Assembly (NCBI GenBank): GCA_050695155.1
Contig: JBOGTO010000180.1
Coordinates: forward strand, 1 to 64,000
Length of the DNA stretch: 64,000 nucleotides
Source: Ktedonobacteraceae bacterium
GTDB taxonomy: Bacteria > Chloroflexota > Ktedonobacteria > Ktedonobacterales > Ktedonobacteraceae
Direction of reading: 5' to 3'
The translations under genes and the position numbers were made by a program. The notes beneath the pieces were generated by a model. That model saw only the letters and a list, made by a program, of their open reading frames with translations. It searched no databases and was not told where the DNA came from. Position 1 is the first letter of the stretch; every line of letters starts with the position of its first letter. Below are positions 18,858 to 29,100 of this stretch, piece after piece.

Positions 18858-20384
18858 TCAAGGCTCAATACACGAGCCATGTGTAGATTTCAGTTGTAGA
18901 TACGGGGTGATTCGCCATCTACCCTGGATTTGCTGGGCTATGAAGTATCCAGCATAAGCATTAATAGCTGTTCCTGGGCCGGATGGTTTGTCTTCAATGG
19001 CGTTAATAGTAATAATTACTTGTACTGTGCCATCAGAAAGCGGTGTAGTTGGACCGAAGTTTGTGCAAGAGTAATGAACATGTTGATAATTTGACCGCTG
19101 ATAGGCATAGCCTTTTTGATAAGTCGGGCTAAGTAAATTATAGGCTGAAAGGTATGCGCCTTTGTTCCAGTTCTCATAATACTCTTGAACTGTCGCCTGG
19201 GCCTGTTGAGGTAGTGTTAATGTGGGCGTGGGTGTTACAGTGGATTGAGAGGATGAAAATAGTGTAGGAGCGTAAGTAACTCCAAAAACAATGAGTGTTA
19301 TGGCAAGTAGCGTGATAATGAGCGCCCACACAAAAAATTTCGCTGAAGGCCGGACTATTTCGTGACCAATACCGGGCATACCAACTTGACCAGCTAGAGC
19401 GGTAGGAGAGATTGCTGTACCTTGAGGAGAGAAAGATAATGGTAGAAAGGATAGGTCTACTTCGGTGGGAGCATTGTTATTGTAAGGTTCAACTGCGCGG
19501 GATAGTGCTGTTGCTAACTCCTTGACCGACATGAATCGGTCTTCACGATTCTTAGCAGTTGCCTTTCTCAGCACGCTATCTACGGTACCTGGAATATGTG
19601 GATGCAATGAGTGTAGCGATGGCAGATCATTATTGAAATGCTGATCCATGATAGCATAAAAATCTGAACCTGTGAAAGGAATCGTCCCATGTAGCATTTC
19701 ATATATGACGATCCCCATAGCATAAATATCAGCTCGGGGATCAGCTTTTTTGCCTCGTAATATTTCAGGAGCCATATATTCGGGAGTGCCGATAACTTTG
19801 TTTGTTGTTGTCAATGTAGCCCAGTTGGGGTTTCCAGTCGAGCGCGCAATACCAAAATCTGTTAATATCAGGCAATGGTTGTCGTCCACTAAAAAATTGC
19901 CTGGTTTGATGTCTCGATGAGTTATGTTTTGAGAATGAGCGCAGTCAAGCGCAGGAGCAATTTGCTCAATATATCGAGCTGTGTCTTGAAGTGATATTCG
20001 ACCTTGTTGTCTGATTAAATCCCCTAAAGTCCCGTTTGAATAAAAAGGCATGACGAGATAAGCTAATTCCTGGTATTCAGAGTAAGCAAGGATTGGTACA
20101 ATGTAAGAATGTCTAAGATTTGCAATAAAATAAGCTTCTCGCTGAAAACGAATAAGATATTTCCTGTATTCCCTGCTGCCGGATCTGATGTTTGGAAATA
20201 ATACCTTGACTGCAACTGCGCGTTCTGTTACTAGCTCTTTTCCGTAGTATACTGCGCTCATGTGCGTTTCTCGGATAAGACTTTGAATCGTGTAATTCCC
20301 AAGTCCTTTGTTTATAAGTTCTGACCAGTCTCCAAGCATAGAACTAGCTCTCCTTACAAAGGCAGTCTGTATATCGCTCCCCAA
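18858..20384 (-). CDS. Membrane-anchored Ser/Thr protein kinase with an extracellular C-terminal domain
   Basis: VAVKVL, HRDIKPGNFLV, DFGIAR, TPEYMAPE, then a TM helix (WALIITLLAITLIVFGV), then a ~150-aa C-terminal domain. Confidence 0.8.
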   Translation of the reverse strand: MGSDIQTAFVRRASSMLGDWSELINKGLGNYTIQSLIRETHMSAVYYGKELVTERAVAVKVLFPNIRSGSREYRKYLIRFQREAYFIANLRHSYIVPILAYSEYQELAYLVMPFYSNGTLGDLIRQQGRISLQDTARYIEQIAPALDCAHSQNITHRDIKPGNFLVDDNHCLILTDFGIARSTGNPNWATLTTTNKVIGTPEYMAPEILRGKKADPRADIYAMGIVIYEMLHGTIPFTGSDFYAIMDQHFNNDLPSLHSLHPHIPGTVDSVLRKATAKNREDRFMSVKELATALSRAVEPYNNNAPTEVDLSFLPLSFSPQGTAISPTALAGQVGMPGIGHEIVRPSAKFFVWALIITLLAITLIVFGVTYAPTLFSSSQSTVTPTPTLTLPQQAQATVQEYYENWNKGAYLSAYNLLSPTYQKGYAYQRSNYQHVHYSCTNFGPTTPLSDGTVQVIITINAIEDKPSGPGTAINAYAGYFIAQQIQGRWRITPYLQLKSTHGSCIEP

Positions 20385-20600
20385 ATAATATTACGATACT
20401 TTATGATTGATGTACAGGGTAAAACCCGGCGGTGGACTCCAAAATCAAGTTGTTAGCTGAAAGGTGGGTAATAGACAAGCTCGCTTTCTGATATGCTTAA
20501 TGCGCTTGTCATACATGGCCTGACGTGCTACACTTCTATATAAGGACAGGGCAGACAAGCGCTTTTGTCTTTCATTTTATTGCAGTGCGAGGTTGGTTGT

Positions 20601-21602
20601 ATGAGTAAGGCAACACGTATTTCCGAAATGGCTAAATTTCATTTTGGCAACACCATATTTTGCTCCGATGGCGAGGGCGGTACCCTGGAGAACGTCACGT
20701 TTGAGGCCGGGACGCGCCGCATGGCGTATCTTGGCGCGAAGCAGGGGCGTTTCTTTAGCAAGATGGGATATTTGCCCTTTGAGAGCGTGATAAGGGCGAC
20801 TGGCGATGGCGTGACGGTCAGGGCAGCGCGTGCCGAATTGGCCGCTGCCAGCCATGCGCCGTCGGAGGGAGTCTTTTTCGATAACAAAAGCGCCGTCGAG
20901 CGCGCTGGCTCCTCTACTAAAGGCACCTTGAGATTGGTTGCGACGCAACCGGAGAGCGGTGAACTGGCTTATATCGTAGCGCGTAACTTGCGCGCGGGGC
21001 AGGATACCCTTTTGCGAGCGGAATATGTTGCCAGTATGGAGAAAGATCGTATCACCGTAAGCATCTCCGATGATGCGCTGAATGCGCTTCCCCCGTACCG
21101 TTCTGATGCTGACTTGCAACAGGAAGTCGAGTCTATTTTGTTTGATCTCGCTCCTATGCATATAGACCTCAAGGGCATGACCATTCGCGTACTGGATAGT
21201 GTACTCTATCTTGATGGCAATATCTCGAGTTCACTACGTTCGGATATGGCGCAAGACCAGGTTCTGGGCGTGGAGGGTCTGTTAGAGATCAAAAACAACC
21301 TGGTTGGCGATGACCGGCTTGCGGCAGATTTGGCGCGCGCGCTTGGACAGGACCCCCGCACGCGCGATCTCCCCATTGGCGTCTATCCGAAACTTGGCGT
21401 GGTGCGACTGAGCGGGGCCGTGCATACCGTCCAGCAGAAAGCCGCCGCGGAAGAGATTGCTCGCAAGTTTCCGGGTGTGCGCTCAGTAGATAATACCCTG
21501 ATCGTTGATCCGACCTCGAATATGCTGCATGTCATGTCCGCGCCAGAGGGTGGCGAAGCGCAAGATAAAATTCCCGGCAAATATATCCGGCATACGCAAT
21601 AA
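20601..21602 (+). CDS. PRC-barrel-like plus two BON domains protein
   Basis: The C-terminal half has two BON-like units (MTIRVLDSVLYLDGNISS...VEGLLEIKNNLV, and VVRLSGAVHTVQQKAAAEEIARKFPGVRSVDNTLIV). The N-terminal half resembles PRC barrels. Start chosen at MSKATR (20601). Confidence 0.55.
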   Translation: MSKATRISEMAKFHFGNTIFCSDGEGGTLENVTFEAGTRRMAYLGAKQGRFFSKMGYLPFESVIRATGDGVTVRAARAELAAASHAPSEGVFFDNKSAVERAGSSTKGTLRLVATQPESGELAYIVARNLRAGQDTLLRAEYVASMEKDRITVSISDDALNALPPYRSDADLQQEVESILFDLAPMHIDLKGMTIRVLDSVLYLDGNISSSLRSDMAQDQVLGVEGLLEIKNNLVGDDRLAADLARALGQDPRTRDLPIGVYPKLGVVRLSGAVHTVQQKAAAEEIARKFPGVRSVDNTLIVDPTSNMLHVMSAPEGGEAQDKIPGKYIRHTQ

Positions 21603-21604
21603 TT

Positions 21605-23122
21605 ATGGAACCCACAAAGCAGGAAGAACCTGTTGAAGCAGGCGTGAGCGAACCACCAGCACAACATGAAGACGCGCCAGTGTTAGCGACTCTTACGCCC
21701 GAAGTGCCTTTACCACCAGCGCCAAAATCTACATACGAGGGAGTACAATACGCTATGCCCATGCAACGCCGGGAGATCGCTGCGCAGGCCATCAAAGAAC
21801 TGTGGCAGGAAATGCAGATTGCTGATGAGGCCCCGCTCATCTTTGCTTCGCCCGTCCAACGTCGCATACAATTGGAGCATCATCCTTTGTTGCTCAACCG
21901 CGTCACATCCAACGGCAAATCGCGCAAGAAGGCCAACGTAGAACCATTAAAATCCTGGGAAGCGCTGGATGCTCCTACTTATGCTCAGGGTATCGCGGCC
22001 AGTGGCGAGGTAAATACCCTGCTCAAGGCGGATATGTTCCGCTCCGCCGTTGTTGGCGAGCGTGGCACCATCCCGTCCGCACCCTATGGCTGGATTTGCT
22101 ATACCTTCGCTGCTGGCTGGAAAGCGCTTTCCGTCTACTACTACGACTCCGATAACAGCGAATCGCATACCTTCAACGCTGTTCCCCCTGGACATCAGGA
22201 TGAGTGGCTGGCCTTTCTCAAGCTACTGGACGAAACCCACGAGGATATCTGGCGACAGCAGAGGCGCGGCACCGTCGAGATTGTGGGCGGAGATGACGAC
22301 CTGGCGGAGGTGATCAAAAAATCCTCGTATGACGACCTCGTCTTGCTGCCTGCGACCCAGGCGCATATCACAGCCCAGCGTCATATTTTCGATAAAGATG
22401 TGCTTGATCGTTATGCCGCGCTGCGCATTCCTCGCCTGCGCAAGGTGCTTTTGATTGGCCCTCCTGGAACCGGCAAAACGACCATACTCAAAGCGGAGGG
22501 CGCGTATCACGCGCAGCAGGGCGGGCTGGTATTTTATGTATGTACCCCCACGCGCAATAGCAGCGCCTGGGGACAGCTTGCCTATGCTCTGCGACTGGCC
22601 GGAGAAAGTCGTCTTCCAACGCTGATCCTGGTCGAAGATTTTGAAATGTTTGTCACCAATCCACCAGACATGCAATCAGCGCTGAATATGCTCGACGGCG
22701 TAGGAACGCCCGATAATCCGGCGGGAACCCTGCTGCTCGCCACCAGCAACGAACCCGAAAAGATCGACCAGCGCATTCGTGACCGTACCGGGCGTATCGA
22801 TGTATTGATTGAAATTGGTCTGGTAGAGGATAGTGATTTGGCGCGGCGGATGCTGGCGCATTTCCTGGGAGACGCTTACCGCGAGGAAGAACATGCCCCG
22901 GTCGCGCCGAATCTGCTCAAGCATCCCGGCAGTCATTTCCGTGAAGTGTGCCTCGCCGCCCTCATGCGCGCCTTGCAGGATGGGCGCAAAGACGTTACCG
23001 CCGAGGATTTGCTCTGGGCGCACGAAGCTATTCTGATGGGTCAGGCCAGCGCAGAAGAATCCGAACGCTTCACCCCAACTACGACGCGCAGGCGCGGCAG
23101 CTACTTTGGCAAAAACCAGTGA
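21605..23122 (+). CDS. AAA+ ATPase with a unique ~270-aa N-terminal domain
   Basis: Walker A LLIGPPGTGKTT, Walker B LILVEDFE, sensor region TSNEP and arginine-finger region. Separated by 2 bp from the BON gene, so probably the same operon. Confidence 0.75.
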   Translation: MEPTKQEEPVEAGVSEPPAQHEDAPVLATLTPEVPLPPAPKSTYEGVQYAMPMQRREIAAQAIKELWQEMQIADEAPLIFASPVQRRIQLEHHPLLLNRVTSNGKSRKKANVEPLKSWEALDAPTYAQGIAASGEVNTLLKADMFRSAVVGERGTIPSAPYGWICYTFAAGWKALSVYYYDSDNSESHTFNAVPPGHQDEWLAFLKLLDETHEDIWRQQRRGTVEIVGGDDDLAEVIKKSSYDDLVLLPATQAHITAQRHIFDKDVLDRYAALRIPRLRKVLLIGPPGTGKTTILKAEGAYHAQQGGLVFYVCTPTRNSSAWGQLAYALRLAGESRLPTLILVEDFEMFVTNPPDMQSALNMLDGVGTPDNPAGTLLLATSNEPEKIDQRIRDRTGRIDVLIEIGLVEDSDLARRMLAHFLGDAYREEEHAPVAPNLLKHPGSHFREVCLAALMRALQDGRKDVTAEDLLWAHEAILMGQASAEESERFTPTTTRRRGSYFGKNQ

Positions 23123-23125
23123 GGT

Positions 23126-24346
23126 TTATATAAGCGCCTGCTCTAAATCCCGAATGATGTCTCCTACACCCTCGATGCCGACCGAGAGGCGGATGCAGCC
23201 ATCGGTGATGCCGATTTGCTGGCGTTCAGCCGTCGTCAGGTTGCGGTGCGAGGACATGGGCGGGTAGCTTAATTCTGTATAGACATCGCCAAGCGTGGTG
23301 GCGGGCAGGCAGAGTTGCAGATTGTCCATAAAACGATATGCTGCCTCGCGCGATTGCTCTTTTAGCTCAAATGCCAGTAGTCCGCCGAAGCGACCGTTGC
23401 GAAATAAGCGCGTGGCAAGCTCATACTGTGGATGGTCAGATAACCCTGGATAATGTACCCGCGCAATGGCTGGATGCTGTTGCAAATAACGCGCAACTGC
23501 CAGCGCGTTGTCGCATTGTCGCTCCATGCGCAGTGGCAACGTTTTCAATCCGCGCGAGACCAGGAAAGCGTCGAATGGGCTGAGCATGGCTCCCAGCATG
23601 GTCGCATAGGTGCGGATTTGCCCAACATGCGCGTTCTGGGAGCAAATCACCACGCCGGCGGTAGCATCTCCATGACCGCTTATGTATTTGGTCGCGCTAT
23701 GTACCACGATGTCGAAGTTGTGTTCGATGGGCTTGAGAAGGTAGGGTGTGGAGAAGGTGCTGTCAACGACCGTCACGGCACCAACCTCGCGCGCGGCCTC
23801 GCTGATGGCGTCCAGGTCGATCAATTTGACCAGCGGGTTTGAGAGCGATTCCACATAAATCACATCGGGCTGCTCGTCGCGTATCATTTGCCCGACATCG
23901 GGGCTGCATAGATCGCGTAGTAACACCTCAACTCCAAAGGGCAAAAATATCGTGCGCAGCATCCCGATGGTTGGCCCGTAGAGGTCGCGCGCGATGAGTA
24001 TCTTCGCCCCTGGAGTCAGCCCGGCGGTCAGTACGGCAGCGTGTATAGCCGCCATGCCAGAACCGAAGACCACCGCGCCAACGCCACCTTCAGCCTCTGC
24101 GAGTACGTTTTCGAGCGCCTGCGCGTTGGGATTGCCCTGTCGCGCGTAGACATACGTCTTTTCGCCTGATGGAAGCTGTCCACCGAAGGCGCTGTCGAGC
24201 GTTTCCGCGTCGGGATGCAGGTAAGTAGTGCTGGGGGAAATAGGCTGCACGGTTGGTCTGCCGGAGCGCGGCGAGACGACGGGTTGGCGGCTGCCATGCA
24301 CGAGCAGTGTGTCCAGCGTCCAGGGTCGTTGTTCATTGTGTTTCAT
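23126..24346 (-). CDS. PLP-dependent Cys/Met metabolism enzyme of the cystathionine gamma-synthase/beta-lyase/methionine gamma-lyase family
   Basis: PLP-Lys motif SATKYISGHGDATAGVV, ~400 aa. Start taken at MKHNEQ (24346) rather than the table start, to avoid an 80-bp overlap with the neighbour. Confidence 0.8.
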   Translation of the reverse strand: MKHNEQRPWTLDTLLVHGSRQPVVSPRSGRPTVQPISPSTTYLHPDAETLDSAFGGQLPSGEKTYVYARQGNPNAQALENVLAEAEGGVGAVVFGSGMAAIHAAVLTAGLTPGAKILIARDLYGPTIGMLRTIFLPFGVEVLLRDLCSPDVGQMIRDEQPDVIYVESLSNPLVKLIDLDAISEAAREVGAVTVVDSTFSTPYLLKPIEHNFDIVVHSATKYISGHGDATAGVVICSQNAHVGQIRTYATMLGAMLSPFDAFLVSRGLKTLPLRMERQCDNALAVARYLQQHPAIARVHYPGLSDHPQYELATRLFRNGRFGGLLAFELKEQSREAAYRFMDNLQLCLPATTLGDVYTELSYPPMSSHRNLTTAERQQIGITDGCIRLSVGIEGVGDIIRDLEQALI

Positions 24347-24908
24347 GTGATCCTCCAGAGTAGTATAAAAGCGATCGGCCCAGGTCTCCCAACGCCAGCG
24401 ATGCGCAGGCATAGATACCGGGAAGCCAGTAGGGAACGCCGAGCATATCGGGATGGAGATAAGCGAACGCGCCCGCCGCCACCAGAATCATTTCGATCAA
24501 CGTGCCGGTAATAGCCGTCACCAGCGAAAATACCAGGTTTTGCCAGTCGCTGCCAGCCAGCAGCCAGAAATTGCAATAGATGAGCAGGATAAGCGCGGTT
24601 TTGGTCAACGTATCGAAGAAACTCGCGCTAATCAGGTACATCAACGGTAGCCACGCCAGCCCCAGCAGGCTGCTGAAAAGCGGACGGAAACGCCGGTGAT
24701 GCAGCAGCGGATCGAGCAGTGGATGCGAGTAGCTGATAGCCACAGCCGCGCCTCCAAACAGCAGGGGAACCCACCATGCCACTCCCAGCAGAGAGGGAAA
24801 TGCATAGCGTTCGACATGGCTAAAGACATGGAACGCATCAAGCGCTGTGCCGAGCAATGCGCCCAGTAAAAATAGCCACAGAAGCGTCCTGCCTCGAAAT
24901 TGCTGCAT
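24333..24908 (-). CDS. Small polytopic membrane protein (DUF2878-like guess)
   Basis: 191 aa with 5-6 hydrophobic helices and no soluble domain. Confidence 0.45.
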   Translation of the reverse strand: MQQFRGRTLLWLFLLGALLGTALDAFHVFSHVERYAFPSLLGVAWWVPLLFGGAAVAISYSHPLLDPLLHHRRFRPLFSSLLGLAWLPLMYLISASFFDTLTKTALILLIYCNFWLLAGSDWQNLVFSLVTAITGTLIEMILVAAGAFAYLHPDMLGVPYWLPGIYACASLALGDLGRSLLYYSGGSHETQ

Positions 24909-25004
24909 GACCAGCGTAGTATTCCTCCTGTTTTCAGGGTGTGCAATTAATATTGTACATTATCAGAGCCGGGAACGTATAAATTCACCTGTTGGAGAAT
25001 ATCA

Positions 25005-26141
25005 ATGAACCTGCTATCCTTACCCATTGGGCCAGAAGAGGTCACGCCTGAATGGTTGACTGCCATATTCCGAGAGAACAAGTTTATTACCTCCGAGGTG
25101 GTGGATGCGAATATAGACATCATTGGTCAAGATTGGGGCTTCACCGGGGTGATGGCCCGTGTGCGGCTCCAGTATGCAAGCCGCGAAGAGAATGCACCTG
25201 ACTCTGTGGTGGTCAAATTTCCGACCGCGACCCGCGATACCTCCTCGGCCTATCATACCGTTCAACAACAAGATGAGATAGCCGCGCGTCGCTACTTTGA
25301 GCGCTGCGCCCGCGAGGTGGCCTTCTATCAGCAGGTCGCACCCATGAACTCTATATCTGTCCCATGCTTGTATTATGGCGCAGTCGATAGCGCGGCCAAT
25401 CGAGTCGTGCTGGTGCTTGAAGACCTCCGTAATGCTCGTGTCGGCGATGCGCTTCGTGGCTGCTCTTCGCTGGATGCCGCTCTTGTAATCGACGAGTTAG
25501 CGAAATTCCATACGCGGTGGTGGAACCACCCACAACTGGATACCTTTAACTGGTTGCCATTGTGGGGCGGAGATGCATTATCCATGCAGAACCGTTATGC
25601 GCAGCTTATCGGTCCCTTTTTTGAGCGTTTCGGACAACGTGTGTCCCGGCAAGTGCGAGAGATCATTGATGCCCTTGCTACGAGCTATGGAGCCGTCCGG
25701 CAGCGACTACAGCAGGCACCGGTAACAATGATACATGGCGATCTCCATCTTGACAACATTTTCTTCCATGCTCTTGAACACAGGTCACCAGTAACGGTAA
25801 TCGACTGGCAAAGCGTGGCGCGAGGGCGCGGAGCAATCGATCTGGCCCTCTTCCTCTTCGGTTCGCTCGAAACCGCCACGCGCCGGGCCGTCGAGGATGA
25901 CCTCTTACAGCGATACTATGAATTGCTTATCGAGGGTGGTGTCACAGGATATAACTTTGCTCAGTTGATAAAAGACTGTCGGCTGGCTCTGCTATGGCTT
26001 TTGGGAGCAAACGTCGTGTGGCTGGGGTCACTCGATATTGATAGTCTGAAAGGGCGCGAAAAGGCTCTTGTAGAGGCTAGTTTGCAAGACGGCTTTGCTG
26101 CCCTGCTCGATTATGATGCTGGTTCTCTGCTGCCTTTGTAG
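25005..26141 (+). CDS. Phosphotransferase-family protein (APH/choline-kinase-like small-molecule kinase)
   Basis: Brenner motif IHGDLHLDNIFF and downstream IDWQSVARG, the Mg-binding D equivalent. 378 aa. Confidence 0.7.
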   Translation: MNLLSLPIGPEEVTPEWLTAIFRENKFITSEVVDANIDIIGQDWGFTGVMARVRLQYASREENAPDSVVVKFPTATRDTSSAYHTVQQQDEIAARRYFERCAREVAFYQQVAPMNSISVPCLYYGAVDSAANRVVLVLEDLRNARVGDALRGCSSLDAALVIDELAKFHTRWWNHPQLDTFNWLPLWGGDALSMQNRYAQLIGPFFERFGQRVSRQVREIIDALATSYGAVRQRLQQAPVTMIHGDLHLDNIFFHALEHRSPVTVIDWQSVARGRGAIDLALFLFGSLETATRRAVEDDLLQRYYELLIEGGVTGYNFAQLIKDCRLALLWLLGANVVWLGSLDIDSLKGREKALVEASLQDGFAALLDYDAGSLLPL

Positions 26142-26155
26142 TTATCTTGTTCCGT

Positions 26156-29100
26156 CTAATCTTCGTTAAGCCGTATCGCCTGGCCCAATGATGGGCGCAT
26201 CACCGTCCAGACCATGGTGCCGATAGCGATGATGCAGATGGCGGCGAACAGCGCGAGAGCCATACCCAGTGTAGGGGGTATCACAACTTGTCGGGGAAAT
26301 GTATGCTGGATCGCGTAAAACTGGCTATCGCTCAAATTGCTCAAGATGCCGCTTATGGGAACGTCAGAAAATACGAGCGTGGGGACAACGGTGGCCGAGA
26401 GGATGCCTCCTAACACGAAACCGATCAGCAGCGCAATCACAAAAACGAAACCCTGTTCGAGTACGAACTGACCGGCTACCTGTAGCGAGGTGGCTCCCAG
26501 CGAGCGCAGCGTGGTAAAGGTGCCTGAGCGCAGTTTCGCGTTCTGCCAGGAAGCAAGCACATAGCCTATCAATACCAGCAAAAGGGTAATCGTTGCCCCG
26601 ATGGTTAGCAAAGTCAACAGGTCAAGATAAAGCGGCTCGACATTCAGGGTGTCAAGCAACGCGCGCCGGTCAAAGAGGTTAGCGAGGCGCAGAGGCGAAG
26701 CGTTCAGCGCGGCTCGCACATGGGCTAATGCCTGCGCATCATCGGTTGTGTGTAGCCATATATGATTGACGGGTAATACCGCATTCTTCGTTGCGAACAA
26801 CTCGGCTAACAGATTGGGGCTGATATTGAGCATAGAGGGTGAAAGTACAGGTCCGATCATATTGAGAGAATTATTAACCCGGTAGACGTGGGCGAAGGTC
26901 GTATAATCCAGCAACATACCTCCACCAACGGTGATGGTACTACCGCCAGCGTCCTGTGTGGTTCCGGCGTTCACAGTAGGGATGTGCTGCACTATCGCAA
27001 TTACAACGCTGTTTAATGCGCTTGTATTCGTATCAAGCGCATAGTCCGGTAAGCCGCTCATTGTTACCACGAATTTGGAGCCAACTTGCAAGTTGAGGCT
27101 GCTCGCCGCTGATGCATCGATGATAACAGGGACGCGACCTTGCGCAATGGAATCCTGGCGTTGCTGAACCAACTGAGCCATCAGGGAGGCAAGCGATTGA
27201 GATGAATCCTGTGTCGTCCAGTATGCCGTTTGCGCGAAGATGTCCGCAGCGACGGCCCTTACCGCGATATGAGTATCCTGAAACTGGACAGTGACAACGC
27301 CATCTCCATTATAACCGCCGCTTGCCGAGATCACACCGGGAAGTTTCTGGTAAGGCGTAGTTACATTGCTCAGAGACGCCTTTTGTGCATTGCTGGAAGT
27401 GACAACATCACCGCTAAAGTCGGCCCCGGATTCGAAGGCCGCAATATCGGATGAACGTTGCGTTTGCGAGGCGGTGAAAACCAGCGAGAAGATGGCGAAA
27501 GCGACGGTGAGCGCCAACAGCAGGGTTACGCGCAAGGTCTGACGTGGGGAACGAGCCATGTGCGCGAACGCAAGCATCGGAGTAGCGCCTTTGCCACGCG
27601 CAGAGAGCCACGCGCCCAACTGCAAAAGCAGTGGATACAGGCGCAGAAGCAGCAGGATACACCCGATCACCAGAAATAAAGGCGTAATCAGCGTGAGCGG
27701 AGATGAAAAGAGTACGATGCTGCGCGTAGCCGACACATTCTGTGTGCTGTTGACGTACAGCGAGATGAAGTAGCCGGCAAAGGCGATCACGATGGCGACG
27801 ACATCTAAGCGCAAACGCTGCCAGATGGGACGATGAACAGCGCGTGCCGTTTCTTGCCGCAGCGCGTGGATATTCATGCCCGCCGCGTAGCGCAGCGCGA
27901 TAATCAGGGCGAGAATCGCGGCTGCCGCCGTTGCCAGCGCGTACCAGCCGACTGATAATAGCGCATCCCAGAGATGGCCGGTAAAGTAGGTCAGCGCGTC
28001 TTGCCCCGTTGGCGACAGGTTGCGGCTGGCAAGCAAAGTGGCGGCGATGAGCGCCAGCAGCGGGCCGATGACCAGCGCGATGAGGCCGAGTATGATGCTT
28101 TGCATGACCATCGCATTGAATATTTGACGGCTGCTAGCTCCCCGGCTGCGCAAGACAGCGATAGCATCGGCCTGTCGATCAACCAGCAGATAAGCGATCA
28201 GGCTGACAAAGTAAAGCATCAGGCCGATAATCAGCACTGAAAGGATGAAAATGGGAATCGCTATTACATCTACACGGCTCTGGTAGCGGGTCAGGATGCC
28301 GGGAAGATCAGAAGTACCCGCCACGGAATCGGAAAGCGCCACTTGCAGTAAATAAGGAAAGCTGGTGATACCGGACACAGGTTGATTGTTCTGAATATTC
28401 CCGGACAGGTGCGCAATATCCGCCTGCAATTGTCCCAGCGAACCCATAGCCGCATTCAGTTGGCTTGTTGTGAGCGCGGCGACGTTCAGATGATAGTTCC
28501 AGGTCAGAACAAAAGGTTGAGATGTGAAAACCGCGTCTGTATGAAGTGCGCTGGCAGCCTGATCCAATGCCGCCAGAAAAGCCTCATTGGACACTAGAAG
28601 CGTATCGCTATACTCCTGGGTACCTTGCGTTACTGGCTCAAAGTCATTGCCATGCCAGACACTATCGTCCGGCGCTACTTTTATCAGACCGACAACCAGC
28701 ATATGCAGCGTGATGATTTGATTGATGGGCGACCCGTTTGCATTGGCGGCATAAATATTGAGATTGATTGCCAGGCTGGAACCAACGTTTACTCCCAGGG
28801 TACGAGCAGTATCCGGCGTAAGCAGCGTCTCGATAGCGCCACTGTTATTGCCCGGTAATCGTCCTTGCAACAGCGTCAGATGTGAGGCTGCCTGCTGCAT
28901 AGGTGCGCTCACGAGGCTTACCAGGGAGACTTGTGATGCTGGTAATGCGACAGGCTGAAAATCAGGCTCCTGAATGGTAAAGAAAGGGGAACCTGTGAGG
29001 TACTGACCCATATCTTTTTGCGCCAACGGATCGATGCTGTGTTTTACTCCCTGCACTGTCTTTGTCGATAAAGCCTGCGTCGAGGTATTGAGCAGAATCT

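Noticed and set aside
24953-24983. Possible promoter (TTGTAC ... TATAAA) upstream of the phosphotransferase gene
   Set aside because: The spacer is 19-20 nt and the -35 is poor, so it is too weak to report as a feature.
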